Source: Octopus sinensis
Lineage: Eukaryota
Length of the DNA: 64,000 nt
Assembly (NCBI RefSeq): GCF_006345805.1
Contig: NC_042998.1
Span: 132,060,001 to 132,124,000 of the forward strand
Direction of reading: 5' to 3'
Position numbers and translations under genes: made by a program. The notes beneath the pieces are model-generated. The model did no database searches, was not told the origin of the DNA, and was given only the letters and a program-made list of their open reading frames with translations. Below are positions 51,921 to 64,000 of the stretch, piece after piece. Within the stretch, counting starts at the first letter, position 1, and the number at the start of each line of letters is the position of its first letter.

Positions 51921-52193
51921 AATGAGGTGATTTGAGCGAAGCATTGTGAGGTATAACTTTAAGGAAGGTTGTTATGTAAGGCCGGAACAATGCGAGACGG
52001 TACAAAGTAAACTACAAAAGGAAAAGAAAACGGAAAAAAGTTGAGGTTTTACCTTGTATTCCTACAATACGGGGTCAAGACCCCTTCTTCGGGACACTTG
52101 GAAAAATTGGTAGTTGGTCGTTGCTAATATATATATACATACATATATATTTTTTTCTCTCCTTTTTTCTCTCCTTGTTTTTTTTCTGTGTCC

Positions 52194-52229
52194 CTTTCTG
52201 TAGAAGAGCGTAGGCTCGAAACGTAAAAG
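52194..52229 (+). ncRNA. Hammerhead-like motif, U6 variant (family B pLTR)
   Basis: CTTT CTGTAGA A GAGC-GTAG-GCTC GAA ACGT A AAAG. Confidence 0.55.
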
Positions 52230-52425
52230 ACTTTTTCTATTCCTGAGCGTTATACTAATACATCTGCTTGTTTTGTATACGACCTGTCTTCGTCTTTTTT
52301 TTTTTTCGTAAACTCTCACTATATATATATATATATATGAATATTTATGGTTGTGAAATTGAATACGTCTAATTTTATGAAGACAACCTGTGTATAGTTC
52401 TTCATTTTATATTGAATTAGAACGG

Positions 52426-52490
52426 TCGTACTGAAGAGCCACAGACGTTGTTACGTAAGTAAAATTGTTAATGGCGAAACTAGTCTACGA
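52426..52490 (+). ncRNA. Type I hammerhead ribozyme motif (canonical core, 30-nt loop II)
   Basis: TCGTA CTGAAGA GCCA..(30 nt)..TGGC GAA ACTAGT C TACGA: perfect helices, GUC site. Confidence 0.8.
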
Positions 52491-52639
52491 TTAATTCTTT
52501 ATTTTGTATATTTTCATTTGTCTTACCCGCTTATGTTCTGGTCTTTGCTGAATTTTTCTAGAGAACATTCTTTTCCTTTGTGGTTAGATCGTAGGTGATC
52601 TATTTCTAGCATATTGGATGTCCACTTACTGGTCATCCC

Positions 52640-52672
<33 letters not shown>

Positions 52673-53395
52673 TGTATGTATATATGTGCTGAAGATACCT
52701 ATTGTGATCAATTTTATACTAACTGTTTTTGATAACTATGCCTGCTAACAACTTGCGGCAAATAAAATGTTTGGGATACAATTTTGATAACACTAACCAT
52801 TTGGTAACAATATTCGTGTTCACACACGTTGCTCCCAATGCGCATGTGCGTATGTGCGTGTATATACGAATGTATATTGTATGCGTGGGCATACATACGT
52901 CTTTGTGATGCCTAGGTATGTAAACACCTACTTGCAAACACCTTCAGTTTGCATTCATACCCGTTTTTAATTAACTTCTTGTGAATATTGTCCACGGAAA
53001 ACCTGCACCATCGCAGTTATCACCTCTGTGTGTCGTTCCTTAATGTGTGTTTGATACGTTCTATTGTTATTATATTTATGTCTGTTTTATTAAACGATGA
53101 TCTGCCGTGATCTCAGTCGACTAGAATAATAAGGTGGCACGGTGGGTGAATGAATATAATGAAAATCTGAGTAGAATATTGAACTGATGAGAAAATTCTT
53201 TGTGTTCGTACACATTTGTTGTTGTTTTTCTTGCTGTTGTTGCTAATGTTTTTGTTGTTGTTGTGGTGACATATGTCATGTCTGAGAGTGTATCTATGGA
53301 ATGCAGACATTTGGTTGAACGATACACAGAATTAATGTAACAGATATACACCATGATGTCAACTAACTGAACAGTAAATGACCTAACCTCTCATC

Positions 53396-53466
<71 letters not shown>

Positions 53467-53530
53467 GCGTGTGTATCGTTGGCGATTTTCTTTCTCCGTC
53501 TTCCTTTTTTGGGACCTTTCCTTTTTCTAT

Positions 53531-53564
53531 GTTTCTGACGAAGAGCTCCACCCGAAACGTTAAA
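53531..53564 (+). ncRNA. Family A hammerhead motif with a damaged helix II
   Basis: GTTT CTGACGA A GAGC-TCC-ACCC GAA ACGT T AAA. GCTC has mutated to ACCC. Confidence 0.4.
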
Positions 53565-53800
53565 TCCTCCTACTTTCTTTCCTTTCCTGAGCGTCCAATA
53601 ACACTACACTTGTTCCACGTCCTCGCGTTGTTGTGTTTTCTCTTTGTTCATGTTTGGATTAATTATATATATATATATATATAATATATATATATATATA
53701 GATGACTGAGGGCTTCGAATGTCCCGTCCTGTGGTTCTTGTGTCGTCTCTTTGGTGTTTTTTGTTCTTGTCCATGTCTGTATTTATTTTTTACTGTTCAC

Positions 53801-53853
<53 letters not shown>

Positions 53854-53869
53854 CGCTAGCATGGCTGCG

Positions 53870-54026
53870 TGGTAAGAAGCTTGCTTCCCAACCACATGGT
53901 CCCAGGTTTAGTCCCACTGCGTGACACCTTGGGCAGGTGTCTTCTACTATACCCTCGGGCCAACCCAAGCCTTGTGAATGGGAAATTGATACACAGAAAC
54001 TGAAAGAAACACGTCGTGTATATAAA

Positions 54027-54060
<34 letters not shown>

Positions 54061-54338
54061 CTATATATATATATATATTATATATATATTATATATATAT
54101 ATATATAATATATATATATATAACATATGTGTGTGTTTCTTTGTGCCTATGTCCCTTCAGCATGGTTTGAGAACCGGTGCTGGTATGTTTACGTCCCCGT
54201 AACTTAGTAGTTCGGCAAAGAAACCGATAGAATAAGCACCAGGCTTATCAAAAAGATAAGTACTGAGGTCGATACATTCGACTAAAAATTCTTCAAGGCG
54301 GTGCCCCAGCATGGCCACAGCCAAATGACTGAGAGAAG

Positions 54339-54405
<67 letters not shown>

Positions 54406-54790
54406 GGCGTAGGAGTGGCTGTGTGGTAATAGCTTGCTTACCAACCACATGGTTCTGGGTTCAGTCCCACTGCGTGGCAGCTTGGGCAAGTGTCTTCTAC
54501 TATAGCATCCAGCCGACCAAAGCCTTGTGAGTGGATTTGGTTGACGGAAACTGAAAAAGCCCGTCGTATATATGTATGTGTATATATATATATATGTGTG
54601 TGCACGTGTGTATATGGTTGTGTGTCTGTGTCTGTACCCCAACATCGCTTGACAACCGATGCTGGTGTGTTTACGTCACCGTAACTTAGCGGTTCGGCAA
54701 AAGAATAAGTTCTGGGGTCGATTTTCGACTAAAAGGCGGTGCTCCAGCATGGTCACAGTCAAATGACTGAAACAAGTAAAAGATTAAAGA
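53870..54790 (+). mobile_element. Two tandem tRNA-derived SINEs with internal (TA)n/(GT)n
   Basis: Heads GGCGCTAGCATGGCTGCGTGGTAAG (53872) and GGCGTAGGAGTGGCTGTGTGGTAAT (54406). Shared tail GGCGGTG(C/CT)CCAGCATGG..AAATGACTGA. Confidence 0.85.
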
Positions 54791-54874
54791 GTGTCTATAT
54801 GTATATATATTAGAGAGAGAGTGAGAGAAAGAGTATAAACTTATATATATACATATATACACACGCGCAAATGG

Positions 54875-54925
<51 letters not shown>

Positions 54926-56236
54926 GTGTGTGCGCGTGCGTGCGTGCGTGTGTAGACATACATTAGTCCGAGGAGCTAATCAAGCGAAATTTGTGCTTGC
55001 CACGTTTGATATAGAGTATTTTTTCTTGACTGCGTTTTGTATTAAGCTCTGCATCATCCAAAGTATATTTTATCACTATACAACACGGACCCATGTATAT
55101 AAAACATAGTTAATTTTTTTTTCATCTTTGTATGATGTTAGGTAAATTGGTGTGTGTAGCACAATCTGTTTCATATATTTGTCTAAAGAAGTCAATTGTT
55201 CTCAGAGCTTTTAAAGAGTTTGGGATAGATTTTAAAATCTCTTGGAGAATATTAAAGCATCTTTTGTAACTTTTTTTTATTTGTCGTTTTTATGTCGAAC
55301 TGTTCCGTTTCAAAAGGTCCCGGTGAAATGTTGACAAAAAGTCGTTTATATAATTTTAAGATGTATATGTATTGGCCATGTTTTAGGTGTGGTCGTTTTT
55401 TTTTTTGTTTTTTTTTATCTAAGAATTAGATCTTCCATTGTGTTTTCTTGATAAAATCTTCTGTCTGGAGGATGAGGTATTTCTGAAAATATACTTTGCA
55501 GGGAATGGAGCTGCTTTTGCTAGAATGATCCAAATTGTAGAAGTGCTCGACATTGACGAGTGAAATACAAACGCCGATTGTGTACGCAATTGAAAAAAAA
55601 ATAATAAAGAACTCAATACATAGTTTTAGAAAATGAACCGCCAACAATTAACCACAGCGAGAATTATATCTAAAACCTTAGTCTACTTCAACCGGATTGT
55701 CCCCCAATATACTTACCAACAAAATACAAGCTCTTAGACTTCGTTTGATATTTGGAATCAAGAAACAGCAAGTAGCGAATTGTGAGGTTCGGTCGCCAAC
55801 AAAGTGTAAACTCTAGAACTCAGTGTAAATGCACACACATGAATAGTTCAACCAACACACCGACTGAACCACATATTTAGAAGCGCCCAGAACTCACTTC
55901 ACTCAAAAAGTCTTGCTGCTCTATTAGTGACCGGATTGGACTCTTTTAAGAAATTATATATAAAAAGTAGATATATACGTACACGCATACATGCATACAT
56001 GAATATATAATACATACGTACGTACATATTACATAAACACATAAATATACATACGTACGTACCGACAGACATGAATACATGTATACCTACCTACCTACAT
56101 ACATACATACATATATACATACATACATACATACATACATACATACATACATACATACATACATACATACATACATACATACATACATACATACGTACAT
56201 ACATACGTACATACATACATACATACATACATACAT

Positions 56237-58473
56237 GTTAGTTAGTTAGTTAGTTAGTTAATTTGGCTCAAAAGCAAATAGCAAGGCCATGTAGGGGGAC
56301 ATGGAGTTAAGTACAGGGTGGTGTTCATGTAAAGAGTTCAGGCCACTTGAGGTCCAGGGAGGCTTTGAACAAAGCGGTCGTCGGCATCTTCACCATCTCG
56401 TCTGGCAGCTTGTTCCACGGATCCGCAACCCGGACGGAGAAAGCTCCTCTCCTTCGATTGAGATGAAATCGTCGCAGGTAGAGCTTTTCGGAATGACCCC
56501 GCAGCCGACGCTCCGGAGCAGGAGTGAAGAACAGCTCTTTCGAGAGGTTACACTTCCCGCTTATGATGTTGTGGGCGAGAATGAGATCACCACGGCGGCG
56601 GCGTTTTTCAAGAGAATAAGGTCGAGCGTCCTCAGCCTTTCTTCGTAGGACAAATTTTTGAGACCATGAACCAGGCGGGTAGCCAGCTCTGGACTCTTTC
56701 GAGGTGCTGTATGTCTTTGAGGAGAGATAAGGAGAAGAGGCTTGAATCCCATACTCCAATATGGGTCTCACCAGCGTGACATAGAGTGGTAGGAATATGG
56801 CTGCTGTGAGCATTCCGAATGACCGTCGAATCAAAAACAGAATTCCGCGCGCTTTGTTGGCAGCATGGAAGGCACTGGGCCGAAGGCGATAAGGAGGAAT
56901 CCACCAAGATACCCAGGTCCTTTACCTGATCGGTCCTCTCCAGCAGCAGACGACCCGGCTCGAAATCAAGTTGAGTTGCAGGAGTAGAGCCGACAGGCAG
57001 ATGACAGCACTTTGACACGTTCAGACACAGGTCCCAATCGTTAGACCACTTCCAAATTTGGTGGAGGCATCGACGAAGATCCTCTATACTACCGCGAGGA
57101 GCGACCAGTTTGATATCGTCGGCAAATAGAAGGGTGTGTTGCGTGAGGTCGTCGGGCAAGTCATTTATGAAGACTAAGAACAACAAGGGCCCAAGCACTG
57201 AACCTTGAGGGCACGCCACTGCTCGCACTGGAGACGTCGGACCGCGAACCATTAACTTGAACTTGGAAGGAGCGATCTGAGAGGAAGGCACCAACCCATC
57301 GTACAATATCCGGATGGAAATTATATGCTTGAAGCTTGACAAGTAGTAGGCGGTGGTTTACCGAGTCAAAAGCTTTGGCAAAGTCCAATAAAACGATGTC
57401 AACAGCATCACTATCATCGAGGATGCGCGTCACCAATTCTTCCATTACTAGTAAGTTGGTCAAGCATGATCTCTTCGCACGAAGCCGTGTTGGGAATCAG
57501 TGATCGAGGCTGTGTTTAGGAGGTGGAGCATCATACTTTTCTTAAGGATGGTTTCGAACATCTTGCTGATTATTGATGTAAGGGAAACCGGTCGGTAGTT
57601 AAGCGGGTCTTCGCGGCTCCCTTTCTTGAAATTGGGCAGATTATCGCTGTTCTCCAGTCTGCAGGTATAACACCCGTCGCCAATGACATATTGAATAGTC
57701 GTGTTAAGGGCTCGCAGATGACCGGAGCCAACGCTTTGATAACCCGTGGTGTATGCCGTCAGGGCCGTGACCCTTGTTGACATCGAGGCTTGAATAACAC
57801 GTTTGACTTGGTCCCGCGTGATGATCAATCGAAGCATTGGAGGTACCGATCTATCAAATGGAGGGGTTCACGACCATCATCTTGTTTGAAAATAGTTGAA
57901 AAAGCCTCGGCAAATATTGACTCTGTTGATAAGGGTCCTCAATCGATACGCCTGTTGAGTCTACCAAAGTTGCAATCTGGTTGTTCAAGCGGGAATTCCG
58001 CTGGACATGGGCAAAGAAGGTTTTTGGATTGCTACTGGCATTTGCCGCGATTTTGTATTCATAACTGAAGCGTCTTTCTTTTCAATTTTCACGGCTCGGT
58101 CTCGTTGAGTTTTGTACACCTCAAAGCTGCAGTCGAATCCAGATTTTTGAATTCAGCCCAAGCAATATCTCAGTCGACGTTCTCGTTTAACTTCTTCGTC
58201 ACCCAGGCTTGTGTTTCTTCCTCTTGGGAAGTCCAACGGGAACTGCCTGGTCAGTCAAACAGATTACATATGCTTTGAGGGATGACCATAGTTCGTCAAC
58301 TGAGGACAACGTCATCAGGGAACGCCAGTCCAGAAGCGCGGAAGCCTCGGTTAGAATTTCAAGATTAATTGCAGAGAAGACTCTACGTGGCAGCGAAGTA
58401 ATCGTGGGCGTGGAAAAAGTTGTGTGCATGACGAACTTCAGGACCGCATGATCACTCTTGGCAAGAGGGGCGC
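56237..58473 (-). mobile_element. CR1-clade LINE, 5'-truncated, frameshifted ORF2
   Basis: APE end SDHAVL, KKGSREDPLNYRPVSLTS, LDFAKAFDSV, PQGSVLGPLLF, FADDIK, LVRPILEY. (TAAC)n tail at 56237-56260. (CATA)n on both outer sides. Confidence 0.9.
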
Positions 58474-58810
58474 ACACATACATACATACATACATACATA
58501 CATACATACATACATACATACATACATACATACATACATACATACATACATGCACTCACACATACGTATTAACGCATGACTCTCCGGTCTCTTACTATTC
58601 TATCTGTCTGCCAGTTTCCCTTAGTCAGTAATGTTTACCCTCTTTTTCTTAATCTCAACTGAAAAATTCTTAGAGTGGAAACCGGTAGGGATGTAGGGTA
58701 AAAAGATTTATTGTACCTAAAATGAATTGTCCTTTAATCTATCTAAACGGATTACGGATTACGACTGTTTGTACATTTTCATCCATGCATGTGTGTGTGT
58801 GTGTGTGTGT

Positions 58811-58856
<46 letters not shown>

Positions 58857-59229
58857 GTGTGTGTGTGTGTGCGTGCGTGCGTGTGTGTAGATATATGTTA
58901 GTCCGAGATGCTAATCAAGAGAAACTTGTACTTGCCACGTTTGATATAGAACATTTTTTTCTTGACTGCGTTTTGTATTAAGCTCTGCATCATCCAAAGT
59001 ATGTTTTACCATTATTATAAAACGAACCCATGTTTGTAAAACATCCACACATTATCAGAGATTTCCTCTCGTCTCCGGAGAACAGTATCCGAACCCAACT
59101 CTTTCCATTCTTTCTCCCTTAAACATCAACCTGATAATATTAACCGCGAACGTCTGTGTACCTTTGCTCTTTCTTTCTTTCTGTCTTAATTGTATTTGCT
59201 TTATGCGTATGTATTCGCGCACGCGCGTG

Positions 59230-60069
59230 TATATACTCTCTTTTACTCTTTTACTTGTTTCAGTCATTTGACTGCCACCATGCTGGAGCACCGCCTTTAG
59301 TCGAGCAAATCGACCCCGGGACTTATTCTTTGTAAGTCCAGTACTTATTCTATCGGTCTCTTTTGCCGAACTGCTAAGTTACAGGGACGTAAACTCACCA
59401 GCATCGGTTGTCAAGCAATGCTAGGGGGACAAACACAGACACACAAACACACACACACATACTGAAAAGTCATGCTTTACATACGCTTTCCATACGCTGC
59501 CACTACATCTTCCGTCTAGCCCAAAAAGGCCTTTTCGTTTCTTTTTTCTTGTTCGTTCTCTTGTTTTATTTGATTTCCGTATTGTATTCTCTTTTTATTT
59601 CTCGTTTGTATTTTTTGTTTCATGTATTTTTATCGTGTAATTTATCTTGTATTTTACTGTGCAGTTTTATTATTACGTCCTGGTTGTGTTCTTAACCGTG
59701 TTTCACCCGGCTGCTTGGAATTTTATTTTAATTTTCTCTCGCAGGAAGGCTTAGTTTTACGATGGTGTGTCCTGTCTCGCCTTCGAAACACGCTTGAGTC
59801 TAACTAGCGACAGCTGATGACCGGGGACCTTTCCTTATTTTCTTGTTATAATTTTACGTTTTTCCCATTTCTACGTCCTGTTGTGGTGTCCTGTACTCAC
59901 GTATATTTATTTATATATGCATGTATATATACATGTAGATGTAGGTACGTAGATATATGTTTGTATGTATGCATATATTTTAATTATTACATTATTGTCT
60001 GACAGCGCCTCGCGTCGGGTTCGTTTTCGATTCGTCGGTTCGTTCTATCTCTTGTCCTCCATTTTAATT

Positions 60070-60114
<45 letters not shown>

Positions 60115-60275
60115 GACAGGCTTCTTTCAGTTTCCGTCTACCAAATCTACTCACAAGGCATTGGTCGACCCGGGGCTATAGTAGAAGACACTTGACCAAG
60201 ATGCCACACAGTGGGACTGAACCCAGAACCATGTGGTTGGTTAGCAAGCTACTTACCACACAACCACTCCTGCGC
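59230..60275 (-). mobile_element. tRNA-derived SINE split by a ~600-bp insertion
   Basis: 3' half at 59230-59455 and 5' half at 60112-60275. The intervening sequence starts at the internal (CA)n and ends in (TA)n. Confidence 0.75.
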
Positions 60276-60434
60276 CAGTTTTTTTTTTATATTCATGCGC
60301 ATGCGCAACACATACGCGTGTGTGTGTATAGATATCTGAATGTGCCAGTGTGTGTGCGTTTAGCTTTTGTTTAAATGTGCCGAGGTGTGAGTACGTGTAC
60401 GTGTGGTGTGTGTGTGTGTGTTCGTGTGTGTGTG

Positions 60435-60473
<39 letters not shown>

Positions 60474-60592
60474 CTATATATGTGTACATGTGTTTACGCT
60501 AGTGTCAGAGACTCTCTCGAGCAGGAATCATGATCTGCTGGGTTTCTTGCAGATTCATTTCTCTGGTGTTTAAATAAAATTACTGGGATGAT

Positions 60593-60655
<63 letters not shown>

Positions 60656-60940
60656 CAGACAGACCGAGACAGACAGACAGAGACAAAGAAACACAGACGG
60701 ACGGACAGATACAGAGAGTGACAGACAGAAAGATTCAGAGAGAGAGAGGAGAGTTACAAAGAGAGAGAGAGAGTTACAAAGAGAGAGAGAGAGTTACAAA
60801 GAGAGAGAGAGAGAGTTACAAAGAGAGAGAGAGAGACAGATAAACAGAGGTAAATAGACACAGACAGACAGACGGACAGAATCAGAAAAAGACAGAAAAA
60901 TTCAGACAGACAGTTACAAAGAGAGAGAAAAGAGAGAGAG

Positions 60941-60973
<33 letters not shown>

Positions 60974-60974
60974 T

Positions 60975-61049
<75 letters not shown>

Positions 61050-61206
61050 CCAGACAGACAGACGGACAGATACAGTGAGAAAGAGACAGATAGAAAGATA
61101 CTGAGAGAGAGAGACAGACAGACAGTTACATGAGAGAAAGAGAATGTGAGAGAGATTGAAAGAGAATTGATAGAGGGAGATAGACAAAAGCAAAGGGAAG
61201 AAACGG

Positions 61207-61242
<36 letters not shown>

Positions 61243-61951
61243 TGTGTGTACCTTGAGATAGAGAGAGAGTGAGACAAAGTGAGAGATTATGTTTATGTGC
61301 GTGTATGTGCCTGAGAATGTGTTTATGAGAACATGCGTTTGTGTGTGTATGTGTATGTATGAAAGACAATATGTATGAGAGATTATAAGAGTGATAAGTG
61401 TAGATATGCATCATGATGTGTGTATGTATGCATATGTATTATATGCATATGAATGTTTGTGTATATGTATATATATGTGTATGTGTATGTGTGTGTGTAT
61501 ATATATATATGTATGTGTATATATATGTGTGTGTGTGTATGCGTATGTATTATATGCATATGAATGTATGTGTATATGTATATATATATATATGTGTATG
61601 TGTGTGTGTATATATATATGTATGTGTGTATATATATATGTGTGTGTGTATGCGTATGTATTATATTCATATGAATGTATGTATATATATATATATTGTA
61701 TGTGTATGTGTGTGTGTATATATATGTGTGTATGCGTATGTATATGTGTATGTTTGTATTTATATGTTATGTATATGTATGTATATGTATGTATGTATGT
61801 GTGTATGTTTGTTTAAGACTGTAACGTAATGGTAGGAGGAAGAGGGAGAGAAGGAGACACATGGAAAAGGAGACAGAGGGGGAGAAAAGGGACGTGTAAA
61901 CAAACAGTAAAAGTGGAGAATATGCCACAGATTGTGTATGTGTGAGAGAGA

Positions 61952-61990
<39 letters not shown>

Positions 61991-62564
61991 TGTGCGTGTG
62001 TGTGTGTGTGCATGTGTGTTTGTGTGTGTGTGTGCAACTGCGTGTGCCTGTGTAAAAAGAGTTTGTGTTTGTGGGAGCAAGCGTGAGTACGTGCTTGATA
62101 TGCATGTATGTGTATGAATATGTATGATGGAAGGAGAGACAGAGAGAGAGAAAGAGAATGAGAAAGAGAGGGATAGAAAGGAAGCAGGGAGGGAGAGAGA
62201 GGGAGAAAGAACCAGAAAGAGAAAGAATATGAGAGAGAGAGAGAGAGAGAGAGGGAGAGATAGGGAATGGGGAAAAGAGATAAGCTCAGAGATGAGTATG
62301 AGCATATAGTGACATCGTGTCTTAGTCTTTGATCTTGTGTCGTGTTGACACGGAGATGTGTGAAGGTATGTATATTTCGAGTTGGTAGACATCGCTGTGT
62401 TATTGTTCATAGCGTTAACGGTACTGGTGGTGGTGGTGGTGGTGGTGGTGGTGGTGGTGGTGGTGGTGGTGTTGTGGAAGCATTGCTGTGTGTGTGTGTG
62501 TGTGTATTGGTGGTGTGGAGGCGATGGCAGTGAAGGTAGAGAAGATGCGTGATGGTGATTTTGG

Positions 62565-63130
62565 TGGTAATAACTATAAGGGGCAGTGTGGAGTCTTAAG
62601 AAAAAAGTTGACGGTCAAGATTGGTGGTGGTGGTGGTGGTAGTGATGGCGGCGGCGGCGGCGATGGTGGTGGTGGGTGGTGGTGGTGTAGTAATAACAAT
62701 AGGGGCAGTTTGGAGTCTAAGAAAAAGTTGACGGTCCAAGATTGGTGGTGGTGGTAGTGATGGCGGGCGGCGCGCGGCGATGGTGGTGGTGGTGGTGGTG
62801 GTGGGTGGTGGTGGTGGTAATAACTATAAGGCGGCAGTGTGGATGTTTAGAAAAAAGTTGACGGTCAAGATTGGTGGTGGTGGTGGTAGTGATGGCAGCG
62901 GCGGCGGCGATGGTGGTGGTGGTGGTGGTGGTGGTAGTAATAACAATAAGGGGCAGTTTGGAGTCTAAGAAAAAAGTTGACGGTCAAGATTGGTGGTGGT
63001 GGTGGTAGTGATGGCGGCGGCGGCAGCGGCGATGGTGGTGGTGGTGGTGGTGGTGGTGGTGGTAATAACTATAAGGGGCAGTGTGGAGTCTAAGAAAAAA
63101 GTTTGACAGTCAAGATTGGTGGTGGTGGTA
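62565..63130. repeat. ~120-bp minisatellite, five units, (GGT)n-rich
   Basis: Unit core TAATAAC(T/A)ATAAGGGGCAGT(G/T)TGGAGTCTAAGAAAAAAGTTGACGGTCAAGATTGG at approx 62567, 62690, 62818, 62936 and 63062. Confidence 0.9.
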
Positions 63131-63584
63131 CTGATGGCGGCGGCGGCGGCGGTGGTGGTGGTGGTGGTGCCGTGGTAGTGGTAATGGTGGTGGTGGTGGT
63201 GGTGGTGAAGATAAAAAGCGGCTGTGTTAGTGGCTGATAGAAGTGGTGGTTGTCATGGAGATGCTGATAACGGTGGAGATGGTGGTATTGAAGATAATGA
63301 TGATGGAAGTGGGGTGCGGTGGGGTTGTTAATGATTGTTGTAATTACAGCGGATAGTTTTAATGGTGTGTGCGATGGTGATGGTGATGATATTAATCCTG
63401 ATGTTAATGTTAGAGGCGAGGAAAGTAATAAATGGCAGCGGCGTTAGAAGTTGACAACAAGAATGTCTGTGTATGAATGTGTGTGTGTGTGTGTGTTTAT
63501 GTGTTTATACACACACACATACACACGCGCATAATATGTGTATCTTTTTGTTTATACTCACACACACACACATACACACACATA

Positions 63585-63631
<47 letters not shown>

Positions 63632-64000
63632 ATATATACATATGTATATATATATATGTATATATATATATATGTATATATATTAAGGTATGTAGAAAAA
63701 TACAACATGGACAAGAACGTATAACTCTTAGAAGACGATACAATAAACACGGACAGGACATTCGAAACCCTCAGTCTTCAGTCAAGAACCGGATCATCGT
63801 AGTAATTTCGGCTGATTAATCTTGAGATTACTAGATCACGGCCAGCCCACCAAGAAAAACTAAGCAACGAGCATTAGAAAACTAAGCTGGAGCGTAGATT
63901 TCCTGATGTATATATATGTATATATATATATGTATATATATATGTTATATATATATGTATATATATATATGTATATATGTATATATGTAATATATATATA

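Noticed and set aside
54965-55010. YIKRGKHKF resembling the C-terminal motif of tyrosyl-tRNA synthetase S4 domains
   Set aside because: A short match only. The upstream sequence shows no synthetase features and the duplicate copy shows mostly non-synonymous change.
63740-63860. Repeat containing CTGAAGA and GAA (also at 53700)
   Set aside because: It cannot be folded into a three-way hammerhead junction. Treated as an unclassified repeat end.

Overview
This is repeat-dominated, AT-rich animal genomic DNA. The SINE families and microsatellite load resemble those of an octopod (coleoid cephalopod), which is an inference from recalled repeats rather than a search. No intact host protein-coding gene is recognisable, and most ORFs in the track come from microsatellites or are antisense to LINEs. 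Mobile elements: a GC-rich 5'-truncated Tx1/L1-clade LINE plus a short second copy in (GATA)n; one near-full-length R4/Dong-clade RLE LINE and four fragments, mostly in (TAA)n; a CR1-clade LINE in (CATA)n; a Penelope-like (PLE) GIY-YIG fragment and many PLE pseudo-LTR (pLTR) pieces; a truncated Chapaev3-like transposase; several MITEs; Helitron-like remnants; and many tRNA-derived SINEs. Three observations stand out. (1) More than ten minimal type I hammerhead-ribozyme motifs from several unrelated repeat families show the core 3-8 pair as C-G, U-A and G-C, include a U6 variant family, and all have a palindromic helix III; two of them sit in near-perfect long DNA palindromes. (2) Different retroelement clades each occupy a different microsatellite and stack in tandem. 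(3) A SINE 3' tail resembles the 3' end of the Tx1 LINE.
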